Shown in pieces: positions 63,961 to 64,000 of a stretch of DNA of 64,000 nt (positions within the stretch are counted from its first letter, which is position 1; every line of letters begins with the position of its first letter). Position numbers and translations under genes: made by a program. The notes under the pieces are model-generated. The model ran no database searches. It was given only the letters and a program-made list of their open reading frames with translations, and was not told the origin of the DNA. Source of the DNA: Octopus bimaculoides (Eukaryota); assembly GCF_001194135.2 (NCBI RefSeq), contig NC_068996.1, forward strand, positions 22,510,850-22,574,849, read 5' to 3'.

Positions 63961-64000
63961 GTTAGTATATATATATCTGTATATATATATATATATATAT

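Overview
AT-rich, microsatellite- and transposon-rich animal genomic DNA from a gapped draft assembly. The SINE/RTE repertoire and (TA)n/(TATG)n tracts look like Octopus; that is an inference. The window holds the 3' part of one + strand gene, a ZDHHC5/8-type DHHC palmitoyl-acyltransferase. Six coding exons splice in frame (9491-9648, 26050-26222, 29476-29578, 33290-33381, 37938-38076, 41097-41909). They give the DHHC cysteine-rich domain, TM3/TM4, TTxE, the GCC..LC tail cysteines and a C-terminal PDZ ligand YEISV*. The first exons appear to lie upstream of the window. Best observations: (1) the 26223-29475 intron is a textbook minor-spliceosome (U12, GT-AG) intron; (2) a direct-inverted-direct triplet just upstream of the catalytic exon acceptor can either hide or expose a perfect TACTAAC branch point; (3) an unlisted in-frame candidate alternative exon at 40781 could insert about 47-51 aa or delete the PDZ ligand; (4) a 64-bp intronic hairpin has four mismatches, all A:C, a plausible ADAR substrate; (5) RFX X-box motifs occur, including one in a mariner TIR. 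The rest is Tc1/mariner relics (DD34D, DD34E, DD37D), a hAT MITE, CR1 and RTE LINE fragments, tRNA-derived SINEs and simple repeats. Most long entries in the ORF track are microsatellite or N-gap artefacts. Repeat boundaries were read by eye and are approximate unless TIR/TSD positions are given.
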